Below are positions 1 through 9,128 of a DNA stretch of 42,641 bases, piece after piece. This DNA comes from Xenococcaceae cyanobacterium (lineage in GTDB: Bacteria; Cyanobacteriota; Cyanobacteriia; Cyanobacteriales; Xenococcaceae): contig DAXETX010000074.1 in the NCBI GenBank assembly GCA_051155735.1, positions 1 through 42,641 on the forward strand. The letters run 5' to 3'. Positions within the stretch are counted from its first letter, which is position 1. Every line of letters begins with the position of its first letter. The position numbers and the translations under genes were made by a program. The notes under the pieces are model-generated. The model did not search any database. It was not told the origin of the DNA and was given only the letters and a program-made list of their open reading frames with translations.

Positions 1-82
1 CTATGGAGATACCTCTGATGGGGATATAGCTATTGCCATATCTAGTCAAGTATCGTCGAAGTAGGAAGCCGAGGGGCTGTCA

Positions 83-123
83 TTTGAGGTTTCCTCAAAT
101 GTTTATACGCCCCGTCACACGGG
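83..123 (-). terminator. Two short hairpins just downstream of the flotillin stop codon (tttgagg-ttt-cctcaaa at 83-99; cccgt-cac-acggg at 110-123). Candidate operon terminator.
   Basis: Inverted repeats read directly. They lie just past the TAA (125-127, minus strand) of the 628-aa flotillin ORF. Confidence 0.35.
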
Positions 124-124
124 T

Positions 125-2011
125 TTACCCTGTGGGTGTGTCACTAGAGCTACTTGCTTCGGCTTTGCTTAAAAATCCAGCCAAGGTAGATAATGCTTGA
201 GAACCAACATTAGATTCAAGAATTTCTTGCAACATTCCTAAACCAGAAATACTAGCAAGTTGTTTGGTTGCACCAGAGGAGTTATTGCTACTATTACCGA
301 AACTATATAATTTTGCTTCTTTAACTTCAGGGGTGAGGTTTTGAGCAATTTGCGGTAGTTGCTTGACTAAACCTGGAACTAATTCTCGCAGTAACTCAGC
401 AGTAATAATAATTTCTTCCTTACTATTAATGGCTTTAATATACTCAAGTTCTCCTTCAGCAAGCTGTAACTTCTCTTCTTTTTTGGCTTCAGCAATCATA
501 ACAATCGATTCAGCAGTATCATTAGCAGCAGCTAAATCACCTTGAGCCTTAATTTTTTGGGCATCTGCTTCTGCTGTTGCTGCAATTTTTAAAGCTTCGG
601 CTTGAGCAAAAGCATCTGTCTCCTGCTGAATTTTTCTGGCATTGGCTTGTTGTTGGGCTAAAAGTTCGGCAATTTGCTTGTTACGTTCGGCAACTTCAAT
701 TTCAGTGGCAGTCATAATGGCACTTTCAGCAGTAGCTACTTGAGCTTGAATCTCTTTGGTTTGTTTTTCACTAGCAGCAACTTGTTGCTGTGCTGCTTGA
801 TCGGCTACCATCACTTCTTGACGTTTGACGATAAGTTCTTGTTCGGACGTTTGTTTTGCCTTTTCCACTGTAGTTTCAAGATCGATATAAGCGACTTGAA
901 CTTCTTGTCGCTTTGAAAGTAGCTTTTTTTGAGCATCTTGCTCTGCTTCTTCGATAGATGTTTGTTTGTCGATTTTGGCTTGTTCTTTTTCTAATTCAAA
1001 GGCTTCTTTCTTTTTAGCCAGTAGTGCTAATTGTGCTTCTTTGCCTTCTTCTGCTTCTCTTCGTTTCTCAGCTTTGATTACAATAGTTTCGGTTTCTAAG
1101 GTAGCTTCAGCTTGTTCTTTTTCTAGCTGAATAGTTTGCAGTTCCAGAGCTTTGTCGCGATCTACAGCAGCTAATTGGGTTTCAGTCTCCGACTGTACCT
1201 TTGCTGTTTCCAGTTTGCTTTGACAAACTTTTTCTTCTCTTTCTCGCTTTCCTTGAACATCAAAATAATCATTATCTCGATATGCTGTCGCGTCTTCCTC
1301 AATATCAGTTAAGGTTACATCCTGAAGCGTTAAACCGAGAGAGTCTAAACTTTGCTGTAGAGAATCTTTGACATCAGAACCAAATCCTACTTTATCTGAA
1401 TCAATTTCGGTTAATGTTCTTTGTTTGGCTGCATTGCGCAAGGCATCATCACAACGAGCCTCTACCGCAGCACGGATATCCGCCTCAGTTACTTTCCCCG
1501 ATGAGTCATTGCAAAGTCTTGCTGCTGCTGTTTCTACTGCATTAATATCTACAACGACATACATAGTGGCAGTTAATTTAGCTCTCAGATAGTCTTTAGT
1601 CCGAACTGCGCCCTGGTCATCAGATGATTCTCCTTTGCGAATAACTTGAATCCGAACTTCGCTCATCGGAACACCAATAGTTTGATGGAGTCCTGGAATT
1701 ACGACGCATCCTCCTTGAGTAAATGCAGTTTTGCCAGACCAAAATGGTCCAAATCCACCACTACGAATGATCGCTTCGTTGGGCTTGATAATGCGGTAAA
1801 GGCGAGTATAGACAAATCCAGCTACTGTTAGAATTAATAATATTCCGGCAATTCCTCCGCCAATTAAACCGCCAGGACTTAGTAAGTCAAAGGGTAATTC
1901 TAATAAATTGCTGGAGTTAGAATCAATGGTTTTTATTGAGTTTGATTTTTTGTTTGTTTCTATTTGAGCTAATTGGAACAAAAACTTAGCATCAAAATTG
2001 GAATTGGACAT
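125..2011 (-). CDS. Flotillin / SPFH (band-7) family protein, YqiK/FloT-like. It has an N-terminal membrane anchor, an SPFH domain, a long Ala/Glu/Gln-rich coiled coil and a C-terminal flotillin-type tail.
   Basis: 628-aa ORF. The N-terminus has a hydrophobic hairpin (GGLIGGGIAGILLILTVAGFVY) followed by an SPFH-like core (IIRSGG...VVIPGLHQ...VRIQ). About 250 aa of EA/EQ-rich heptad-like coiled coil follow. An nfeD-like gene lies immediately upstream, the classic SPFH-NfeD pairing. Confidence 0.8.
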   Translation of the reverse strand: MSNSNFDAKFLFQLAQIETNKKSNSIKTIDSNSSNLLELPFDLLSPGGLIGGGIAGILLILTVAGFVYTRLYRIIKPNEAIIRSGGFGPFWSGKTAFTQGGCVVIPGLHQTIGVPMSEVRIQVIRKGESSDDQGAVRTKDYLRAKLTATMYVVVDINAVETAAARLCNDSSGKVTEADIRAAVEARCDDALRNAAKQRTLTEIDSDKVGFGSDVKDSLQQSLDSLGLTLQDVTLTDIEEDATAYRDNDYFDVQGKREREEKVCQSKLETAKVQSETETQLAAVDRDKALELQTIQLEKEQAEATLETETIVIKAEKRREAEEGKEAQLALLAKKKEAFELEKEQAKIDKQTSIEEAEQDAQKKLLSKRQEVQVAYIDLETTVEKAKQTSEQELIVKRQEVMVADQAAQQQVAASEKQTKEIQAQVATAESAIMTATEIEVAERNKQIAELLAQQQANARKIQQETDAFAQAEALKIAATAEADAQKIKAQGDLAAANDTAESIVMIAEAKKEEKLQLAEGELEYIKAINSKEEIIITAELLRELVPGLVKQLPQIAQNLTPEVKEAKLYSFGNSSNNSSGATKQLASISGLGMLQEILESNVGSQALSTLAGFLSKAEASSSSDTPTG

Positions 2012-2046
2012 AATAGTAAATTTGTTAGTAGTTAGTGATTAATAGT

Positions 2047-2658
2047 TTAGGAGAGTGATGACTGACTACTAAACAGTAGATTTTGCCAGGTAAATTCATC
2101 TACCCCACCAGTTTTAATTACCAGAAAGGCGTTTTTGTCAACGAGATAGTCAATAATCCAAACTAAATCATTAGTTTTAAGTTCTTTTTCTTCAGCCCAA
2201 TCTGCTAGATATATAGTGACTATTTGGGTTATTTTTTCTTGGCGATCAAATACTAAAGCATCTCCAGGTTTAGCAGTATCTAGTAATTTTGGTGTATAAC
2301 GAACTGTGGCGGTTAATCCAACTGCGCGATCGCTAAATGCTCTATAAGGTGTCTCTTGAAATAACTGCATCATTATTTTGCCAAAGCAATAACTAGTTAT
2401 GGTTGCAGCAATACCTAGCATCAATCGTGTTCCTGAATTCAAAGTAAACTCTGGAAAAATTGCTGGTTCTAAACCCAAAAAAATTAAACCAAAACAGCCG
2501 TACAAGGAAATAGCAACAGTAACTACCAGCCCCAAGGGAACTCTTCCTAAAAGAGGAACTTCAATGTAAATAAAATTAGTGCTGATGAATCCTGATACCA
2601 GAATTAATAAGATTAAACCACTGCTAACACAGATTAACAATTCATGAAGATCGCTCAT
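2047..2658 (-). CDS. NfeD-like membrane protein (short YqiJ/YuaF type). It has an N-terminal multi-helix membrane region and a C-terminal OB-fold beta domain.
   Basis: 203 aa. The first ~100 aa are strongly hydrophobic (3-4 predicted TM helices). A soluble C-terminal ~90 aa follows (GDALVFDRQEKITQIVTIYLADWAEE...). It sits 36 nt upstream of, and co-directional with, the flotillin gene. Confidence 0.65.
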   Translation of the reverse strand: MSDLHELLICVSSGLILLILVSGFISTNFIYIEVPLLGRVPLGLVVTVAISLYGCFGLIFLGLEPAIFPEFTLNSGTRLMLGIAATITSYCFGKIMMQLFQETPYRAFSDRAVGLTATVRYTPKLLDTAKPGDALVFDRQEKITQIVTIYLADWAEEKELKTNDLVWIIDYLVDKNAFLVIKTGGVDEFTWQNLLFSSQSSLS

Positions 2659-2722
2659 TTTTGATTCTTTTAAGCGCAGAATAAGTTATTTCATTTCTCA
2701 AAAAATACTCGTGAAGTTAGTT

Positions 2723-3919
2723 TTACCAACCACCGCCAGCACCACCGCCACCGCTAGAACCACCACCAAAACTGCTACTCCCTGAACTTCCGCTACCGCT
2801 AGAACAATGATTGCTGCTACTGCTACTACTACTACGATTAGAAGCAGAATATAAACGCGGAATATCGCTTGTTTTTTCTTGTAGATAATCACAACAATAG
2901 CAGCGATCGCTAATTAGGCGTTTTCCTTTACTGCTATAAGTTGCTTTTTTTAAAGTTGTTTGGGTACGAGTTGCCGTGAATTCATGGCATTGAGGACAAT
3001 TTTGATAGCGAGAGGAATTGGAGACATAGGCAACAATTGAATAGGGTTGTGTTTCATGGTGACAGTTGACACATTTATAACCTCGATAGCTGGTTGAACC
3101 AAGTTTTTTGGCTACTTTTTGTGGTTCAGTTAATTCGATAGTTGCGACTTTTTCCATTGGCTGCCTACACTTAGCACAATAAATCGCACGATTATTTTTA
3201 CGTGGTAATTTAATGTTAATTTTTTGTGGATTTAGATAGTATTTATTGAGTTTTTTGTATGACCAATAAATACCTCCAGCAATTAAAGCTAAACCAGTTC
3301 CAGCAGCAACCAAGAAAATTTTTTCAACCCCATTTATCTTAGATAAATTGGTTGAGATTTGTCCTATTTTCTCAGAGTTATTTTGTCTAGCAACAGAATC
3401 ATCTAAAGCAACGATTAAGGCTTTAGTCCCATCAAGCGTACCGCGATCAAAATCGCCCTGTTTATATTGAGGAGTGATTTTTGTATCGATAATCTTGCCT
3501 ACTTCGGTATCGGATAATATGGGTTCAATACCGTAGCCAGTTTCAATTTCAACCCGCTTATCTTCTACAGAAACTAAGAACAAAATACCATTATTTTCTT
3601 TAGCTTTACCAATTCCCCAATAGTTAAAAAGTTCAGTAGCGAAAGCTTTAGGAGAAGCAGCGGGAGCAGTTTCAATTACAGTAACAACGGCAATTTCCGT
3701 ACCATTATTTTGTTCTAGATTGCTAATCAGACTATTTAATTCAGTTTCAGTTTGATCGCTAAGAATATCTGCCATATCTGTTACCCAACCCCCATTTTTC
3801 TGACGAGGATTAATTACTTCTTCTACTGTCAAAGCCTGACTAGAAAGAGGGATAAATAAAATAGTTGAGCTAATAAAACCAAAAATAATTGTATATTTTA
3901 GAATATTTATAGTTTTCAT
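2723..3919 (-). CDS. TPM-domain protein (YgcG / TLP18.3 / Psb32-like phosphatase fold). It has a signal peptide, one TM helix, a cytoplasmic 4xCxxC zinc-ribbon and a Ser/Gly-rich C-terminal tail.
   Basis: 398 aa. N-terminal signal (MKTINILKYTIIFGFISSTILFIPLSSQA). The TPM-like core reads WVTDMADILSDQTETELNSLISNLEQNNGTEIAVVTV...GILFLVSVEDKRVEIETGYG. A TM helix (IFLVAAGTGLALIAGGIYWSY) follows, then CAKC...CVNC...CPQC...CYCC, then a terminal SSSSSSSNHCSSGSGSSGSSSFGGGSSGGGGAGGGW. Confidence 0.7.
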   Translation of the reverse strand: MKTINILKYTIIFGFISSTILFIPLSSQALTVEEVINPRQKNGGWVTDMADILSDQTETELNSLISNLEQNNGTEIAVVTVIETAPAASPKAFATELFNYWGIGKAKENNGILFLVSVEDKRVEIETGYGIEPILSDTEVGKIIDTKITPQYKQGDFDRGTLDGTKALIVALDDSVARQNNSEKIGQISTNLSKINGVEKIFLVAAGTGLALIAGGIYWSYKKLNKYYLNPQKINIKLPRKNNRAIYCAKCRQPMEKVATIELTEPQKVAKKLGSTSYRGYKCVNCHHETQPYSIVAYVSNSSRYQNCPQCHEFTATRTQTTLKKATYSSKGKRLISDRCYCCDYLQEKTSDIPRLYSASNRSSSSSSSNHCSSGSGSSGSSSFGGGSSGGGGAGGGW

Positions 3920-4137
3920 AATTACTAGATTGCTAAGAGCAATTAATGAACTTACTTATTAATATAAGGAAAGCTAATTATCACAACAATCTCCAAAATA
4001 TAGAATTTTTAACAGATTAAATCTCGAACTGGAAAAAAAGTAGAATAAAACTAGAATTTTAATTTTTTTAGTTAGGTAAAGTTAAATTTAGTTCTAGACT
4101 ATTGATAGTCGGTGTTTTTTAGTATCTCGGTCTATCT

Positions 4138-5448
4138 ATGAAATTATCCAGAGAAGCTAATACAATATCTTGGCATACTTTTCTCGAACGAAAAGCCTTA
4201 GAATTAAAGCTTACTCCTAGCCAAACCAGAGTTTTCTTAATTCGGTTTGACCAGAAAAATTGGTTAAATAAAATAGAAGATATTTGGCAATTGAGTGATG
4301 TTAACAGTTTTGAGGCGTTTGTTAAACATTCAACTAATATTTATAAAATATTAAAACCCTATTGTCCAGAAATCAGTAAAGGTGCAGGGAATTTTGCGAT
4401 TGTTAGAGATTACCTCTTAACAGAATTTAAAAACTTACAACTAAAAAATGATTCATTATGCTTAAAGCATTATTCTGTTTTGTCTTCTGTAGAAACGGAA
4501 TGTTATCAAGCTATTTTGCAACCAGGTGCATTAATTAGAATTAAAGCACCAAGTAAGATGGGAAAAAGTCGATTATTAAATCAGATATTAGCTTATACTA
4601 GTGAGCAAGATTATCAAACGGTTCATATTAATTTATTACAAATAGAAAGAAGTAAATTTAATAACTTGAATGAGTTTTTGCGGTGGTTTTGCATATATCT
4701 TCGTGATGCTTTAAAACTTGAGATTAATCTTGATGATTGCTGGCATAAAGATCGCGGAAGTATGCTTAGTTGTACCAGGTATTTAGAAATGATATTACAA
4801 TATTTTGAGCAACCTTTAGTATTAGGTTTAGATGAAGTAGATCGTTTATTGAATTATCCTAATATTAGTCAAGATTTTTTTTATTTATTGCGAAGTTGGC
4901 ACGAAGAAGCCAATAATGATGAGCTTTGGGAACAGCTAAGACTAATTGTTGTTTATTCTACTGAAGACTTTAGTAGTTTAGATATTAATCAGTCTCCGTT
5001 TAATGTTGGTTTACCCATAGAATTAAAGTTTTTTACTCAGCAACAAGTAATAAAATTAGCAGATATCTATCAATTACATTTATCGACAAAAGAAATTGAA
5101 CAATTAATGCAGTTAGTTAACGGGCATCCTTATCTGATTGATTTAGCTATGTCTTATTTAGTTAATAATAATCAAATTAGTTTGAGTGAATTATTACAAA
5201 AAGCTCCGACTGATACAGGTATTTATAATAGTTATCTGAGACAACATTTAATAAAATTAAAAGCAAATAGACAATTATCTCAAGTATTCTTAAAAATATT
5301 AAATAGTTCTGAACCAATTCAGGTAGATACCCTTGTAGCTTATCAGCTTTATCGTATGGGTTTAATTAAATGGTCTAAAACAGGTAATACTGTCATCTCT
5401 AGTTGTGAATTATATAAACTGTATTTTCCCTCAAGACTAAAAAGTTAG
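4138..5448 (+). CDS. Cyanobacterial 'AAA-like domain' (AAA_35/STAND-type) P-loop NTPase without a repeat sensor. The N-terminal ~130-aa extension has a possible sigma-70 region-4/LuxR-like helix-turn-helix.
   Basis: 436 aa. Walker A-like IRIKAPSKMGKSRLL and Walker B-like LVLGLDEVD. Overall collinear with the N-terminal NTPase module of the downstream WD40 protein (LNSRQMGKSSL / IFLDEVD). N-terminal segment LERKALELKLTPSQTRVFLIRF. Confidence 0.65.
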   Translation: MKLSREANTISWHTFLERKALELKLTPSQTRVFLIRFDQKNWLNKIEDIWQLSDVNSFEAFVKHSTNIYKILKPYCPEISKGAGNFAIVRDYLLTEFKNLQLKNDSLCLKHYSVLSSVETECYQAILQPGALIRIKAPSKMGKSRLLNQILAYTSEQDYQTVHINLLQIERSKFNNLNEFLRWFCIYLRDALKLEINLDDCWHKDRGSMLSCTRYLEMILQYFEQPLVLGLDEVDRLLNYPNISQDFFYLLRSWHEEANNDELWEQLRLIVVYSTEDFSSLDINQSPFNVGLPIELKFFTQQQVIKLADIYQLHLSTKEIEQLMQLVNGHPYLIDLAMSYLVNNNQISLSELLQKAPTDTGIYNSYLRQHLIKLKANRQLSQVFLKILNSSEPIQVDTLVAYQLYRMGLIKWSKTGNTVISSCELYKLYFPSRLKS

Positions 5449-5489
5449 TAATTAGTAGTAGCTTATTTTTATAACAACTAATATGATAA

Positions 5490-8400
5490 ATGTTTGATAA
5501 TAATTATTTTAAAGTTGGTGGAAGTTTACGTTATGGACATCCAACTTATATTACGAGAAAAGCCGATCGCGATATCTATAATGCCTTAAAACAAAAAGAG
5601 TTTTGTTATGTCTTAAATTCGCGACAAATGGGGAAATCTAGTCTTCGAGTCAGAACAATGAAGACTTTAGCAAAAGAGGGCTTTAAATGTGTCGCAATCG
5701 ATTTAGGTATTTTAGGGAGATTTATCACAGCAGAGCAGTGGTATGGTGGTTTATTAGCAGAATTGTGGCGAAAATTACGCTTAACTAAAGGAATTGATGA
5801 TGATTTAAAGTGGTGGCAATCGCATTTAGAATTAGCTCCCATTCAAAGATTTAGTCGTTTTATTGAAGATGTTTTATTAGCTAAATGTAGTGCAGATATT
5901 ATTATTTTCTTAGATGAGGTTGATAATATTATTAATTTGGATTTTCGAGATGAATTTTTAATTTTAATTCGTAACTGTTATGAAAAAAGAGTGGAATCTA
6001 AACAATATTATCTTCTAACTTTTTGCTTATTAGGTGTAGCCACTCCTTCTAGTCTAAGAATTGATAAACAACTAAGCCCTTTCAATATTGGCAAAGCGAT
6101 CCAGCTTACAGGGTTTAATTTTACTGAAGCCCAACCCTTAATATCGGGGTTAGCTAATAAATTTACCACCCCAGAAACTATTTTAAAAGAGGTTTTGCAT
6201 TGGACAAACGGGCAGCCTTTTTTAACTCAAAAACTTTGTGCTTTGGCAGTTAAATATGGTGAACCCCAACAGATTAATCTCCCGCAACTAATTCAAAATT
6301 ACATAATAGATAATTGGGAAATTCAAGACGAACCAGAACATTTAAAAACTATCCGCGATCGCCTGCTATCTAATCAACAAAATAAAGCCAGACTTCTAAC
6401 TCTTTATCACAGCATACTTCAGCACCAGGGCATCACAATCGACGGTAGCGATGAACAGGTTGAATTGCGCCTTAGTGGTTTAGTTATGGTACAACAAGGC
6501 AAGTTAAAAGTTAGTAATCCTATTTACCTCAAAGTTTTTAATCGACAGTGGGTTGCTAAACAATTAACTGCTATTAGTCCCTATCAAAATGCGATCGCAG
6601 CTTGGTTAAAATCCCAACGTCAAGATTCTTCTCGTTTACTCAGAGGAGAAGCCTTAGTAGAAGGACAAACTTGGGCAAGAAAACATAGTATTACGACCCA
6701 TGAAAGAGATTTCTTACAAGCAAGTGAATTACTGGCAATTGAAGACCAAAGAAAATCAGAATTAGCTCAAAAAGCCGAATTTATTACCAAACAATTAGCC
6801 CAAGAAAAACGGCTAGTGCAATGGCAAAGACTATTTATTCTCTTCTCTCTGGCAATGCTTACAGGGTTTTATCTTAAATCGCGTCAGACTAACTTAAGTA
6901 ATATCAAGACGTTAATTGAATCTAGTACCGCTTTAGCTGCTTCTAACCAAAAACTGGATGCGTTGGTAGCAGCAATTAAAGCCAAACAAAAACTCAATCA
7001 ATCTCTAGGAGTCAATCAAAACTTAACTCAGCAAGTAGATACCGCTTTGCAACAAGTAGTATTCCAAATTAGAGAAAAAAACCGTCTTACAGGACATAGC
7101 GATCGCCTTAATGGGATTGCAGTTGCTAATGATGGCAAACTAATGGCTACGGTGGCTACCGACAACACTGTTAGATTGTGGAAAAAAGCTGCTACAGGTT
7201 GGCAACCCCATCGGGTATTAAAAGATCACGATGGTTGGGTAGTAGATGTGGCAATTAATCCTCAAGATAATACTATTGCTTCTGCTAGTCGCGATCGCAC
7301 TGTTAAATTATGGAATCAGGATGGTAAGTTAGTCGCGACACTCCAACATTCAGAACCAGTAACTAGCGTAGCAATTCAAGATAATCAGATCGTTACAGGC
7401 AGTGAAAACGGCAAGATCGCTATTTGGCAGCAAGGTAAACTAATTCAAACCCTTACGGGACATACCGCAGCAGTAGAAGCAGTTACTATTACCCCAGATA
7501 ATAAAATTATTTCTGCCAGCGAAGATAAAACCCTCAAAATTTGGCAAGGAGGAAAACTAATTAGAACCCTTACAGGACATACTGATGGAGTGCGTGCCGT
7601 AACGACAACTGCTGATGGACAAAAAATCATCTCTGGTAGTCGCGATCAAACCCTTAAAATCTGGAATAGTAACGGTACAGAAATTGCGACTCTTCGAGGA
7701 CATCTAGCACCCGTATATGGTGTAGCAGTAAATCCGAGTAATCATCAAATTGTCTCAGCTAGTGGCGATCAAACCCTCAAAATCTGGGATAGCAATGGTA
7801 CAGAAATTACCACGCTGCGGGGACACACTAACCGAGTCTGGGATGTGGCATATACCCCCGATGGTTATATTGCTTCTGCTAGCTGGGATAAAACCGTCAG
7901 ACTTTGGCAGCCTGAGAATCATCTAATTAAAACCCTGTCTGGTCATCAAGATGTCGCGATCGCTCTAGACTATAATAACCAGATAATTGCTTCTGCTAGC
8001 GATGATAAAACTGTCAAATTATGGAATCAAGCAGGGACTCTCCTTAAAACCTTTCGTCAACATACTGCCGAAGTTTATGATGTGGCAATTGGCGATCAAA
8101 TTATTGCAAGCGTTGGTGCAGATAAAACCCTGAGAATTTGGCAAGCTGATAATCGGATAGTTAAGACGATTCAAGCCCATAATGCTGCTATTTGGGCAGT
8201 AGCTATTAGTTCTGATGGCACTAAAATTGTTACGGCTGGTAACGATCACCAGATCAAAATCTGGGATACCCAGGGCAACTTACTTCATAGCTTACAAGGT
8301 CATAGGCAAAAAGTTTGGGATGTGGCAATTAGTGCTGATAATCAACACCTAGTTTCTGCTAGTGAAGACAATACAATCAAAGTTTGGGATTTTAAGGGTA

Positions 8401-8879
8401 ATCTTCTAGCTACACTTCAAGGACATCAAGATGCAGTCAGAACAGTTATTATTAATGGCAAACAAATTATTTCTGGTAGCGAAGATCGCACGATTAAAAT
8501 TTGGCATTTAGCCAAAAAAACCGTAGCAACTTTAGCTAAACATCATGCTGCGATTAAAGGAATTGCCCTTAGTCCAAACCAGCAATATCTAGCCAGTGTG
8601 GATGAGGCTGGTAAAATCATTCTTTGGCAACCCAATAACCACACTTGGGAATATCGACAAACCTTACAGGAATACGATAACTCTATCTGGTCGGTAGCTT
8701 TTAGTGAAGATAGTCAAACTTTAGCAACAGCAGGAGAAAATGGCAAAATCATTCTCTGGAGTTTAAATAATATTATTCAATTAAGCACTCTAAAATATGG
8801 TTGTAACTGGCTCGAAGACTATCTTCAACTTAATTTAGAAGTTAATTCACAAAAGCGAAACCTTTGTCAATTTGAGTAA
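5490..8879 (+). CDS. AAA-like (AAA_35/STAND-type) NTPase fused to a WD40 beta-propeller array of about 14 repeats. A coiled-coil and a predicted single TM helix sit between the NTPase and the WD40 part.
   Basis: 1129 aa. The N-terminus (YITRKADRDIYNALKQKEFCYVLNSRQMGKSSLRVR...IIFLDEVDNI) is the hallmark of the cyanobacterial AAA-like family. A hydrophobic stretch LFILFSLAMLTGFYL lies at about aa 447-461. From about aa 520 there are ~14 repeats of the GH-x-V-x(n)-S(A/G)S-x-D-x-T-(L/I)-K-(I/L)-W type (e.g. SASRDRTVKLWN, SGSRDQTLKIWN, SASDDKTVKLWN). Confidence 0.85.
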   Translation: MFDNNYFKVGGSLRYGHPTYITRKADRDIYNALKQKEFCYVLNSRQMGKSSLRVRTMKTLAKEGFKCVAIDLGILGRFITAEQWYGGLLAELWRKLRLTKGIDDDLKWWQSHLELAPIQRFSRFIEDVLLAKCSADIIIFLDEVDNIINLDFRDEFLILIRNCYEKRVESKQYYLLTFCLLGVATPSSLRIDKQLSPFNIGKAIQLTGFNFTEAQPLISGLANKFTTPETILKEVLHWTNGQPFLTQKLCALAVKYGEPQQINLPQLIQNYIIDNWEIQDEPEHLKTIRDRLLSNQQNKARLLTLYHSILQHQGITIDGSDEQVELRLSGLVMVQQGKLKVSNPIYLKVFNRQWVAKQLTAISPYQNAIAAWLKSQRQDSSRLLRGEALVEGQTWARKHSITTHERDFLQASELLAIEDQRKSELAQKAEFITKQLAQEKRLVQWQRLFILFSLAMLTGFYLKSRQTNLSNIKTLIESSTALAASNQKLDALVAAIKAKQKLNQSLGVNQNLTQQVDTALQQVVFQIREKNRLTGHSDRLNGIAVANDGKLMATVATDNTVRLWKKAATGWQPHRVLKDHDGWVVDVAINPQDNTIASASRDRTVKLWNQDGKLVATLQHSEPVTSVAIQDNQIVTGSENGKIAIWQQGKLIQTLTGHTAAVEAVTITPDNKIISASEDKTLKIWQGGKLIRTLTGHTDGVRAVTTTADGQKIISGSRDQTLKIWNSNGTEIATLRGHLAPVYGVAVNPSNHQIVSASGDQTLKIWDSNGTEITTLRGHTNRVWDVAYTPDGYIASASWDKTVRLWQPENHLIKTLSGHQDVAIALDYNNQIIASASDDKTVKLWNQAGTLLKTFRQHTAEVYDVAIGDQIIASVGADKTLRIWQADNRIVKTIQAHNAAIWAVAISSDGTKIVTAGNDHQIKIWDTQGNLLHSLQGHRQKVWDVAISADNQHLVSASEDNTIKVWDFKGNLLATLQGHQDAVRTVIINGKQIISGSEDRTIKIWHLAKKTVATLAKHHAAIKGIALSPNQQYLASVDEAGKIILWQPNNHTWEYRQTLQEYDNSIWSVAFSEDSQTLATAGENGKIILWSLNNIIQLSTLKYGCNWLEDYLQLNLEVNSQKRNLCQFE

Positions 8880-9128
8880 CAATAATCGAGGCACAGGACT
8901 ATTTTGATCTTGGAAGCCAGAAATTAATTTCTTGGTTATCTTTCCTACTACCGAGTAATTATGGCAACAAAGTTAGGACAACTGCCATAATGTTGAGAGA
9001 TAAAACTCAATATATGATAAGTATCGATCTCCGTGTATTTGCGGTCGATCAAAGCAATTATAGTTAATATCAGCAATAAAATTTAACAATAAGGTTAATT
9101 TTTTAAAAAACTTATTTGACGCACCAAT

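Noticed and set aside
363-1831. Several 60-80-aa plus-strand ORFs inside the flotillin gene, and similar short ORFs inside the WD40, TPR, mntC, mntA, cdaA, lysA, GH63 and GT39 genes
   Set aside because: They are antisense to long, well-supported genes. The flotillin ones arise from the low-complexity coiled-coil coding repeats.
2698-2892. 64-aa ORF antisense to the Ser/Gly-rich 3' end of the TPM gene
   Set aside because: It is the mirror image of low-complexity coding sequence (poly-Val/Ala from antisense GGT/AGC repeats). It has no start context and overlaps a well-supported gene.
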